Source: Erysipelotrichaceae bacterium
GTDB taxonomy: Bacteria > Bacillota_I > Bacilli_A > Erysipelotrichales > Erysipelotrichaceae
Length of the DNA stretch: 32,000 nt
Assembly: GCA_963676105.1 (NCBI GenBank)
Contig: OY781039.1
Coordinates: 180,001 to 212,000, forward strand
Direction of reading: 5' to 3'
The translations under genes and the position numbers were made by a program. How positions within the stretch are numbered: the stretch's first letter is position 1; each line of letters starts with the position of its first letter. Positions 7,980-16,119 of this stretch are shown one piece after another. Below the pieces are notes generated by a model. The model worked only from the letters and a program-made list of their open reading frames with translations, searched no databases and had not been told where the DNA came from.

Positions 7980-8972
7980 TTAACGATAATCAATTTGCCC
8001 CATGATTGGATGTGGAACATAAGCTTCTTCTAAATAATCAATTTCATCTTGTGTTAGTACAACATCTAATGCACCTATCGCATCGTCAATATGACTGAGT
8101 TTAGTTGCGCCAATAATCGGTGCAACAACAGGTTTTTTGGTCCATAACCAAGCTAGGGCAATTTGAGCTTTTTTAACGTTTTTCTTGGCAGCAATTTCGG
8201 CTACACGATCAATGATGACTTGGTCTGCCTCCATCATTTTTCCGTACTTACTTTCTTGGGTTTTATCGGTATCAAAACGCTGAGAATGTTCTTCTTTTGT
8301 TTTAACTAAACGACCAGAAGCTAAAGGTGAGTATGGGGTTGTCGCAACACCACTATCTTCACAGAAATGATCCATTTCTCTTTCTTCTTCGCGATACATT
8401 AAATTATGATGGTTTTGCATTGAGATAAATTTAGTCCAACCGTTCTTTTCGGCAATATATTGAGCCTTTTGAAATTGCCAAGTGTACATTGCAGAAGCAC
8501 CAATATAGCGTACTTTTCCTGATTCTACTAAATCGTGTAAAGCTTTCATTGTTTCTTCAATCGGTGTTTTATAATCCCAACGATGAATAATATATAAGTC
8601 AATATAATCTGTTTGAAGTCTTCTTAAACTTTGTTCAACTTCATACATGATCGCTTTGCGTGATAAACCGCGCGCATTTGGCTCATCTCGCATGGGCATG
8701 TATACTTTGGTCGCTAATACAACTTTATCTCTGATTCCTAATTCTTTTAGTGCACGTCCAACATATTCTTCACTTGAACCTAATGAATAAATATTAGCTG
8801 TATCAATGAAGTTAATGCCAACATCAAATGCATGTTTGATAACTTCTTTACTTTTTTCATAATCAATGACCCATTGATGTTGCCACCCTAAACTAACATC
8901 ACCCATGCCCATTGTGCCTAAGCATATCTTAGAAACTTCTAAACCTGATTTTCCTAATTTTACGTATTCCAT
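7980..8972 (-). CDS. Aldo/keto reductase (330 aa, AKR11/YhdN-like)
   Basis: 'KLGKSGLEVSKICLGTMGMG', 'FIDTANIYS', 'LATKV', 'IDLYIIHRWD'. AGGAGG lies 6 nt upstream of the ATG. Confidence 0.9.
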   Translation of the reverse strand: MEYVKLGKSGLEVSKICLGTMGMGDVSLGWQHQWVIDYEKSKEVIKHAFDVGINFIDTANIYSLGSSEEYVGRALKELGIRDKVVLATKVYMPMRDEPNARGLSRKAIMYEVEQSLRRLQTDYIDLYIIHRWDYKTPIEETMKALHDLVESGKVRYIGASAMYTWQFQKAQYIAEKNGWTKFISMQNHHNLMYREEEREMDHFCEDSGVATTPYSPLASGRLVKTKEEHSQRFDTDKTQESKYGKMMEADQVIIDRVAEIAAKKNVKKAQIALAWLWTKKPVVAPIIGATKLSHIDDAIGALDVVLTQDEIDYLEEAYVPHPIMGQIDYR

Positions 8973-8990
8973 AAACTACCTCCTATGATT

Positions 8991-9021
8991 ACTATAAACC
9001 TTAGAGTAAACTCCAAGTCAA
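8991..9021 (-). promoter_or_regulatory. MerR-type promoter candidate: -35 TTGACT, 19-bp spacer carrying a dyad, -10 TATAGT
   Basis: Minus strand reads TTGACT-tggagtttactctaaggtt-TATAGT. The dyad CTTGGAGT-tt-ACTCTAAG matches in 7 of 8 positions and spans the -35 element and spacer. Confidence 0.6.
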
Positions 9022-9087
9022 GTTAGAAACTTCATTTTTATTTAGTCTTTAAAAAAGGTAAAATATAAACATAAAGGAGATCAAGAT

Positions 9088-9606
9088 ATGAATCGAAATA
9101 TCTTAGTGGTTTATTTCTCGAAACCAGGTAGTAATTACTACAAAGGCAGTATTATAAAGTTAGATACAGGGAACACTGAAAAATGTGCGAAATATATTGA
9201 AGATGAGTTTGATGCAGATATCTTTAGAGTTGAAAGATTAGATGATTATAAAGATGATTATAATTTATGTATGGAAGAGGCTGGCGTAGAATTTAAGCAA
9301 GATATTCATCCTAAACTACTTGATCATATAGATTCAATTGATCAGTATGAAACGATAGTTATAGCCTATCCAAATTGGTACAATACGATGCCAATGCCGA
9401 TGTTTACTTTTTTAGAAAGTTTAGATTTTAGTTCAAAGGTAATCCTGCCACTTTGTACGAATGAAGGCAGTGGTCTAGGTAATAGTGTTAAGGATATTAA
9501 AATACTCTGTCCACATGCAGATGTTAGACAGGGATTATCAATAAAAGGCAGTGAAGTTGATAATCTGCATAAAGAAATTATTAATTGGATAAATACTGAA
9601 AGGTAG
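9088..9606 (+). CDS. Flavodoxin-family protein (Flavodoxin_4-like)
   Basis: 172 aa. 'ILVVYFSKPGSNY', 'IVIAYPNWYNTMPMPMFTFLE', 'LCTNEGSGLGNS'. RBS AAGGAG. Confidence 0.85.
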   Translation: MNRNILVVYFSKPGSNYYKGSIIKLDTGNTEKCAKYIEDEFDADIFRVERLDDYKDDYNLCMEEAGVEFKQDIHPKLLDHIDSIDQYETIVIAYPNWYNTMPMPMFTFLESLDFSSKVILPLCTNEGSGLGNSVKDIKILCPHADVRQGLSIKGSEVDNLHKEIINWINTER

Positions 9607-9613
9607 ATTTTAT

Positions 9614-9639
9614 AAGCACACGCAAAGTGTGCTTTTTTA
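9614..9639 (+). terminator. Intrinsic terminator of the flavodoxin gene
   Basis: AGCACAC-gcaaa-GTGTGCT followed by a T-run. Confidence 0.8.
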
Positions 9640-9713
9640 AAAAAGAAATCTTATTTAAATCCACACGCTATGCGTGTGTGACAAGAGACTTATAGAGTGG
9701 TAACAGAAAAAAA

Positions 9714-9770
9714 GCCCACTTTGGTAGAATTAGAAAGGCTGACAACCGAATCTAAACACCAAAGGAGGGC
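9714..9770 (+). promoter_or_regulatory. Predicted RNA stem sequestering the tnpA Shine-Dalgarno sequence
   Basis: GCCCACTTTGGT (9714-9725) can pair with ACCAAAGGAGGGC (9758-9770), which contains the AAGGAGG SD of the TTG start at 9774. This is analogous to the translational-repression stem described for Salmonella IS200. Confidence 0.5.
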
Positions 9771-9773
9771 AAC

Positions 9774-10229
9774 TTGAGCTCAAGCGAAAACAGTTTATCA
9801 CATACTAGATGGAATTGTAAGTATCACGTCGTATTCATCCCGAAGTACAGACGGAAGGTCATATATGGGAAATTAAGAGAGGATATTGGACGAATATTGA
9901 GACGACTTTGTGAAATGAAAGACGTCGAAATACTAGAGGCACATGCATGTGCCGACCATATCCATATGCTTCTGAAGATACCACCGAAGTTAAGTGTTTC
10001 CGGATTCATTGGCTATCTGAAAGGTAAAAGCACCTTGATGATCTTTGATCGACACGCCAATTTGAAGTATAAACAAGGAAACCGAAACTTCTGGGCGAAG
10101 GGATACTATGTAAGTACGGTAGGACTGAATGAGAAAACAGTTGAAGCGTACATTCGAAACCAAGAAGCAGAAGACAAATTACGAGACAACATGACAAAGA
10201 GAGAATACATTGATCCCTTTAAGGGATAG
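9774..10229 (+). CDS. tnpA: IS200/IS605-family Y1 (HUH) transposase TnpA
   Basis: 151 aa. 'YHVVFIPKYRRKV', HUH motif 'DHIHMLL', catalytic-Tyr region 'FWAKGYYVSTVG'. TTG start preceded by AAGGAGGG. Confidence 0.95.
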   Translation: MSSSENSLSHTRWNCKYHVVFIPKYRRKVIYGKLREDIGRILRRLCEMKDVEILEAHACADHIHMLLKIPPKLSVSGFIGYLKGKSTLMIFDRHANLKYKQGNRNFWAKGYYVSTVGLNEKTVEAYIRNQEAEDKLRDNMTKREYIDPFKG

Positions 10230-10456
10230 TAAGTAAGAGAGAACGGTTGTCAGTCTTCAAATAGCTCTTTAGAGCTACTGTAAGCAAGATGCCCTTATAG
10301 GGCGAAACTAAAACTACCCGTTTTACGGGTAGATATTTATTGTTTAAAACAAAATATATGTTTATTACTTAAATGGATGCATATGACTTTAAAAAAGTAC
10401 ATAAGTATAATAAAATGTCTATAATTATATTATAAAAAGGCAAATAAGTTACATAT

Positions 10457-13400
10457 ATGAAAAAAATATATATCTTTACAAGCATTATTGCAGTGATTCT
10501 ATCGACAGTATTAACAAACCATGTGAATTTAGTTAAAGTAATGGCAGCAGATGCATACACTCCTGTATCTTGGCCAACAGATACTGCCTGGTTACCCTAT
10601 TTATATTCAGATGGCACGGCTGTACTAGATCCAGCTGGTGAAGAAAATCCTACACCCTCTGATATGACAAGTGGATTAACATCTGGTGTAGGTAATTTAC
10701 CAACTATTTATATCAGTATTGATAGTTCAAATGAGAATATCTTTTTTAGATATCGAGTCAAAGGTGACCCTTATGATCGTAAAGGTGGATATACATCCAC
10801 TGCATGGTTAGTGCAATTGTGGGACCCAACTACCCAAACACAAATCGGGACAGTAGGGATTGATGGGAAAGATTCTTTTAATGATTATGTTTATGTTGCG
10901 AATGGTGATGGATCACAATTTGCCAAAATATATGAAACAAATGATGATGCTTCAAGCGATACTGTTCGTGGGGTAAGAATAACACGTGCTGAAAACAATC
11001 AGTTTTTTATTGATTATCAAGTTCCTATTGCAGCTTTAAATACAGTTAATATTGGTCGAGATATTACAGCAACAACTCCATTAGCGCTATTTTATGGAAC
11101 ATCACAAGCTGCTAACTTGTCAGTTATTAATAAAGAGTGGTTAGATGATTCGGATGGTAATCCTGCAGATATTACTGACTTCTTTGTCTTGACTGGTGGG
11201 TTTGCAGATGTTAATCCTACATCTACTTCTTCGTTTAATACTTCACAAACAAATTTAAATGAACCAGATGTTATTCCTAATATAAGTATTAGTGGGTTTT
11301 GTGTTACAGGTTCTTGTCCAACGTATACAAACGATCCATTTACTTTAGATACGACAACAGATCCTGATAGCGTTCAAGTAACAGTTCAAGGGACAGTAAG
11401 TGATTATTCAGGTACAGTAACACTAAACATTTTAGGAACAGATTACACAACTACTGCTATTGATGGACAATGGTCATTGGATTTGTCGAACATAATTTCT
11501 CAATCTGGAACGTATATTGTAAAAGCATCGATTCCATATAACACTACAACCATTTCTGACACTGATACCTTTAGTGTTAATGGTGTAGGAGATAGTTTGG
11601 TGATAGATGGTGGTTATTATGTTGTAACAAGTAATTCTACCTATTCACCAACAGGTTCTTATAATTTGAGTAATCAAGGGAATGAAGTTGAATATCAAGT
11701 TAATATAAATGGGACTTGGATTAGTTTGAATAAATATAGTAGTACTAGCACATGGGATATGAGTGGCTCTATTGATTTAGTACCTGGAGAAAATCGTTTA
11801 GATGTCAGAATTATTAAAGGCAGTGATATTTTAGCGACTGCTACACAAATTATTTCGTATATTCCTAGTGGTAGTGATACATCGACTCTTGATTTAGGCG
11901 TTAATATCAGTTCGATTAACGGTACGAATCCTTCCCCAGGATTAAGCGGAACTTCGACTGGTAGTACACAGGTTGAAATTCAATTGGATGGCGTTACTAT
12001 AGCTTTTGTAACACCTGATGCGAATGGTAATTGGGAGATGCCAGCATTAGATTATCCACTAAATACTGGAACCTATACTTTTAGAGCGATTGTCCGTAAT
12101 TCAGATGGTGAAATTGCGATTGATACAATTACTCATACTGTAACTGAAGTTGCAATAAATATTGATAATGGTGCTACTTATACAACCAATGATACGCAAC
12201 CAATGATTAGTGGTAATGCAAATGTAACTGATGGCACTCAAATTACAGTTACTTTAAATGGCACTACATATACTACAACAGTGATAAATGGACGTTGGAA
12301 TATTATGCCATCATCACCATTGAGTGGGGGAACCTATACTGTAGTTGCATCTGTTGGTGGTAAAACAGCTACTCAAGAGTTGACAATAGTAACATCAACA
12401 CCTGAGTTAAGTTTAAACGGTGAGGCTAATGTTGATATAGTTGTAGGCTCTTCATATACAGATTTATCTGCTACTGCAACAGATATTTTAGATGATGAAA
12501 TTCAAAGTCGTTTAAGTACAATTAATCCTGTAAACACATCAATAATTGGTGTTTATACAGTTCGTTATAATGTTACAAATATTTATGGAAATTATGCGCC
12601 AGAAGTTACTCGCACAGTCACAGTTAGACCAGCAAGCTTAAGTTTAACTGGTAGTACTGGTAATTCAGGTTCAACCGGTCCTGCCACTGTGAGTGGTGGA
12701 ACTGCTGGAGCAACTGTCTATTTATATGATTCAGAAGGATCTCAAGTTGCTTCAGGAGTTTTAGATGAAAGTGGCAAATATACTTTCACAGGAATTAATC
12801 TTGGATCTGGATATACAGCCAAACAAGTGGTTAATAGTATTTTTAGTATTGAATCTAATACAGCAATTATTAGTGGTGAAAATAACATTCCTGTTATTGA
12901 AGAAGTTAGTGATGATACTATACAAGCAATTAATGCTTCTACATGGACTGCACCAAGTACAACAGCAAGCGATGTTGAAGACGGAAACTTAACATCTAAT
13001 ATTGTTATCACTTATTCAAGTGATGATACAGGAAGTAATGTATCTGATGAAGAATCAGCGCGCCAACATTTAGCAACTCCTGGTAACACTGTAAAGGTTA
13101 CATATGGTGGTGTAGTCGATAGTGCAACAAATCAAGCAGCAAATGTTTACGCGACATTTACGTCTGTGTCAACTCCAGTCACATCAGTCACAATTAATGG
13201 AACTTTAAAGATCGAAGAAACACTCACTACAACACTGGGACCTAGTGGATCAACAGTGACCTATCAATGGTATTGTGGCGATACTGATTTGGGTACTTAT
13301 AAACCGATTTTAGGTGCGACCAGTTCCACATATACATTAACTGCTGATGATAATAATTGTTTAATAAAAGTAGTAGTGGTAGGGACAGGTGTTTATAGTG

Positions 13401-14476
13401 GTTCCGTAAATGATGCCTCAGAGACTTCTGTTGTTAAAAAAGATGCGCCAGCGACTCCAATACCACCAACAGTCACGGACATTAAATACAATGAAATAAC
13501 AGTGGATGTAGTACCGGGTCAAGAATACTCAATAGATGGTGGTGAAACTTGGCAAAGTGGTGGAACTTTTATAGATTTAAATCAAACAACACAATATTCA
13601 ATCATTACTAGAATTAAAGAAACAAATGATACAAAACCTTCTCTTTCATCGACGGCAACTAATGCGACAACTCTAGCAATGTACACAGTTGATTTTATTG
13701 GATTTGATGGAATAACTAATGAAAAAGAAGAAAGTTTAAGTTCTGGCGATGATGCAACAGCACCAAGTTTAAGTAATAGCACAACTAAAAGATTTGTTAG
13801 CTGGAATATCGATTTTACGAATATTACTTCTAATACATCAGTTTATGCTCAATATGAAGAGATAACAGGAGATAGTGGATTAAACATTCAAGCAAGTACC
13901 TTTTTAACAAAAGTTCCAGCGTATTCAACAGATGCTTTAAATACACGTTCGGCACGTTTGACTATTGTTGAAACAGCTTATGCAAGCTTAACATCACAAG
14001 AACAAGCACTTGTCACAAGTTATATTGAAACAAACATTAATGAAGACACTGTTCATGAATATTATTTAGATGCGAGTCTTTTTGAAACAGTAAATAGTAT
14101 TGAATCTCAGGTTAATGAATCTTCAGAAGCGTTTAGTATTACAGTATCGATTCCAAGTACTTATTTATCTTTAGATTTACATTTCTTTAGAATGCATAAT
14201 TATGGGACTGATGCTGAACCTGATTATCGTTCAGAAGAACTTGCGTACATCATGGATACTAATGCGGGAACAATTACGTTTTCAACAAGTAAATTCTCAT
14301 CCTACGTTTTGGTGCTTGGTGAATCGCTGACCAGTGAAATAACTAGTACTACAACAGCTGTATCAACAGTAAGTCTTCTTCCAGATACAGGACTCAGCCA
14401 AAATATAGCTGCCATTATTGCTTTTATCTTAGGAATCCTAGGTTTAGCATTTGTCAAACTTCAAAACAATGAATAA
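10457..14476 (+). CDS. Large cell-wall-anchored surface protein (putative adhesin) with signal peptide, repeated bacterial Ig-like domains and an LPDTG sorting signal
   Basis: 1339 aa. Signal peptide ending 'VMA/ADAY'. Three related Ig-like modules ending GTYIVKASI (from 11507), GTYTFRAIV (from 12068) and GTYTVVASV (from 12329). DUF5011-like module around 12403-12630. Listeria/Bacteroides-type repeat ('YTVDFIGFDG...FVSWN...VYAQYEE'). LPDTG at 14378-14392, then a hydrophobic segment and a short tail. Confidence 0.9.
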   Translation: MKKIYIFTSIIAVILSTVLTNHVNLVKVMAADAYTPVSWPTDTAWLPYLYSDGTAVLDPAGEENPTPSDMTSGLTSGVGNLPTIYISIDSSNENIFFRYRVKGDPYDRKGGYTSTAWLVQLWDPTTQTQIGTVGIDGKDSFNDYVYVANGDGSQFAKIYETNDDASSDTVRGVRITRAENNQFFIDYQVPIAALNTVNIGRDITATTPLALFYGTSQAANLSVINKEWLDDSDGNPADITDFFVLTGGFADVNPTSTSSFNTSQTNLNEPDVIPNISISGFCVTGSCPTYTNDPFTLDTTTDPDSVQVTVQGTVSDYSGTVTLNILGTDYTTTAIDGQWSLDLSNIISQSGTYIVKASIPYNTTTISDTDTFSVNGVGDSLVIDGGYYVVTSNSTYSPTGSYNLSNQGNEVEYQVNINGTWISLNKYSSTSTWDMSGSIDLVPGENRLDVRIIKGSDILATATQIISYIPSGSDTSTLDLGVNISSINGTNPSPGLSGTSTGSTQVEIQLDGVTIAFVTPDANGNWEMPALDYPLNTGTYTFRAIVRNSDGEIAIDTITHTVTEVAINIDNGATYTTNDTQPMISGNANVTDGTQITVTLNGTTYTTTVINGRWNIMPSSPLSGGTYTVVASVGGKTATQELTIVTSTPELSLNGEANVDIVVGSSYTDLSATATDILDDEIQSRLSTINPVNTSIIGVYTVRYNVTNIYGNYAPEVTRTVTVRPASLSLTGSTGNSGSTGPATVSGGTAGATVYLYDSEGSQVASGVLDESGKYTFTGINLGSGYTAKQVVNSIFSIESNTAIISGENNIPVIEEVSDDTIQAINASTWTAPSTTASDVEDGNLTSNIVITYSSDDTGSNVSDEESARQHLATPGNTVKVTYGGVVDSATNQAANVYATFTSVSTPVTSVTINGTLKIEETLTTTLGPSGSTVTYQWYCGDTDLGTYKPILGATSSTYTLTADDNNCLIKVVVVGTGVYSGSVNDASETSVVKKDAPATPIPPTVTDIKYNEITVDVVPGQEYSIDGGETWQSGGTFIDLNQTTQYSIITRIKETNDTKPSLSSTATNATTLAMYTVDFIGFDGITNEKEESLSSGDDATAPSLSNSTTKRFVSWNIDFTNITSNTSVYAQYEEITGDSGLNIQASTFLTKVPAYSTDALNTRSARLTIVETAYASLTSQEQALVTSYIETNINEDTVHEYYLDASLFETVNSIESQVNESSEAFSITVSIPSTYLSLDLHFFRMHNYGTDAEPDYRSEELAYIMDTNAGTITFSTSKFSSYVLVLGESLTSEITSTTTAVSTVSLLPDTGLSQNIAAIIAFILGILGLAFVKLQNNE

Positions 14477-15179
14477 AAAAATCGTACTAAGCATTAAATA
14501 TATTTCAATTGCACTACTTTTATATAGTGCTTTTGTTTTGTTAACTGAAATGGTACGTTGGATGCAATTTAGTGAGACGAAAACTGAGTTGATTGAAATA
14601 CAAACTCATTCAGTAGAAGAAAAATCATTCAATGTGTTTGATAATTTAAAATCTATGAATGACGATTATATTGCATGGATATCCATTGATGATACTGATA
14701 TCAGCTATCCTATTGTTTTAGGTAAAGATAATAAGTATTATTTGAATCATGATTTCTATGGGAATGTCTTTGCTTATGGCAGTATCTTTATGGATTATCG
14801 GAACAAATCTGATTTTAGTGATGCGAATATCGCCATCTATGGACATGCAGCAAGATATAAAGCGATGTTTGGTTATTTAAATGAATATTTAGATGAAGAA
14901 TTTCTAAAAAATCATTCAATCATAAAAATCCAATTTAAGGATGAAGTAAAAGAGTTTCGTATCTTCAGTGTTTATGTAGTTGATGCGACAATTACAGGTC
15001 TTGATATTCCGTCTGATATAAAGTCGATTGACGAATTAAAAAATATGTATCAATCACAGTCATATGTAGATACAGAAGTTGATATCAGTCATGCTACACA
15101 AGTTTTATCTTTAGTATCATGTAATTATTCAATAGAAAATGGAAGAATTATTGTCCAAGCTATTCCAATTAATCCGTAA
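14469..15179 (+). CDS. srtB: Class B sortase
   Basis: N-terminal TM segment, 'SYPIVLGKDNKYYLNHDF', 'GSIFMDYRNKS', catalytic His 'IAIYGHAARYKAMF', Cys 'LSLVSCNY', Arg 'NGRIIVQA'. I prefer the ATG at 14469 (ATGAATAA overlap with the adhesin stop) over the track start at 14451. Confidence 0.9.
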   Translation: MNKKIVLSIKYISIALLLYSAFVLLTEMVRWMQFSETKTELIEIQTHSVEEKSFNVFDNLKSMNDDYIAWISIDDTDISYPIVLGKDNKYYLNHDFYGNVFAYGSIFMDYRNKSDFSDANIAIYGHAARYKAMFGYLNEYLDEEFLKNHSIIKIQFKDEVKEFRIFSVYVVDATITGLDIPSDIKSIDELKNMYQSQSYVDTEVDISHATQVLSLVSCNYSIENGRIIVQAIPINP

Positions 15180-15207
15180 AAAAAGTTATCATGGTGATAA
15201 CTTTTTC
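15177..15207. terminator. Bidirectional terminator between srtB (+) and zupT (-)
   Basis: aaaaAAGTTATCA-tgg-TGATAACTTtttc. Confidence 0.85.
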
Positions 15208-15215
15208 TTTACTTA

Positions 15216-16040
15216 TTAACCTAACGCTACATCTAAAATCATCATGACAGTAAAGCCAATCATGACACCGATCGTCGCAATATCAGTTTTGGATCCACCT
15301 TCTTCACGTTGTGCTTCAGGTATAAGCTCTTCGACAACGACATAAATCATCGCACCTGCCGCAAAGGCTAAAGCAAATGGTAGAAAACCTTGAAGTTGAA
15401 GTACAGCATAAGCGCCGATTACACCAGCTATCGGTTCAACTAGTCCAGAAGCTTGTCCATAGAAGAAAGATTTAGTACGTGAAAATCCTTCACGTCTAAG
15501 TGGGATAGAAACAGCTGCTCCTTCAGGAAAGTTTTGAAGACCAATCCCGATGGCCAAGGCAACCGCACCAGCAATACTAGCGGATGTACCTAAACTTGCA
15601 CCAACGGCTCCAAATGCAACCCCAACAGCCATGCCCTCAGGTATATTGTGAAGGGTAATTGCTAAGACAAGTAAAATTGATCTTTGCCAATTGGTTTTTG
15701 GACCTTCAGCTTGAGAAATGTCTAAGCCTTGATGTAAGTGGGGCAAAATCGCATCAACTAAATACAAGAATCCACCTCCAGCTAAAAATCCTCCAGCTGC
15801 CATTAACCAAGCGTTTTGACCTAACTCTTCTGCCATATCAATGGCAGGGTTTAGTAGTGACCAAAAACTAGCCGCAATCATAACTCCAGCTGCAAAACCT
15901 AACATTCCATTTAATAAGGTTTTATTAATGGTTTTGAAGAAGAAAACTAAAGCAGCCCCAAGAGCGGTAACACCCCAAGTAAAAAGGGTGGCAAATAAAG
16001 CTTGAGTTACAGGGCTAAAATTTTCAAAAAATTCAATCAT
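15216..16040 (-). CDS. zupT: ZIP-family divalent metal (zinc) transporter ZupT
   Basis: Polytopic membrane protein with '[11 protein letters not shown]' and '[11 protein letters not shown]' ZIP motifs. I prefer the ATG at 16040 (AAAGGAAA RBS). The track start at 16073 lies inside an upstream palindrome. Confidence 0.9.
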   Translation of the reverse strand: MIEFFENFSPVTQALFATLFTWGVTALGAALVFFFKTINKTLLNGMLGFAAGVMIAASFWSLLNPAIDMAEELGQNAWLMAAGGFLAGGGFLYLVDAILPHLHQGLDISQAEGPKTNWQRSILLVLAITLHNIPEGMAVGVAFGAVGASLGTSASIAGAVALAIGIGLQNFPEGAAVSIPLRREGFSRTKSFFYGQASGLVEPIAGVIGAYAVLQLQGFLPFALAFAAGAMIYVVVEELIPEAQREEGGSKTDIATIGVMIGFTVMMILDVALG

Positions 16041-16056
16041 AGTTATTTCCTTTAAA

Positions 16057-16077
16057 AAAGATGACCATGTCATCTTT
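16057..16077 (-). promoter_or_regulatory. Perfect 9-3-9 palindrome between a candidate zupT promoter and the zupT RBS (operator, or terminator of the upstream AKR)
   Basis: Minus strand reads AAAGATGAC-atg-GTCATCTTT followed by tttAAAGGAAA. Candidate promoter TTGAAG (16110-16105), 17-nt spacer, TATACT (16087-16082) lies just upstream. Confidence 0.5.
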
Positions 16078-16119
16078 AATTAGTATAAATTGTTTTAAAT
16101 GATACTTCAATTGAATCGC

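Larger units (their letters stand above)
9655..10335 (+). mobile_element. IS200-type insertion sequence (IS200/IS605 family, tnpA only); boundaries approximate
   Basis: Y1 HUH transposase ORF flanked by subterminal hairpins. Left: CACACGC-tat-GCGTGTG (9662-9678). Right: TAGCTC-ttta-GAGCTA (10262-10277), GCCCT-tat-AGGGC (10291-10303), CTACCCG-tttta-CGGGTAG (10314-10332). The ~0.7 kb size fits IS200. No tnpB is present. Confidence 0.85.

Noticed and set aside
9600-10456. TnpB/IscB-type RNA-guided nuclease and omega-RNA associated with the IS200/IS605 element.
   Set aside because: There is no ORF beyond the 151-aa TnpA. The ~100-nt structured region at 10244-10335 is most simply the right-end subterminal hairpin region of a tnpA-only IS200.
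12068-12340. DNA-level repeat GGAACCTATACT (12068 and 12329), and longer similarity between segments of the adhesin gene, as a mobile or recombinogenic repeat.
   Set aside because: It is explained by tandem Ig-like protein domains (GTYTFRA and GTYTVVA). It is in-frame in both copies and has no independent element features.
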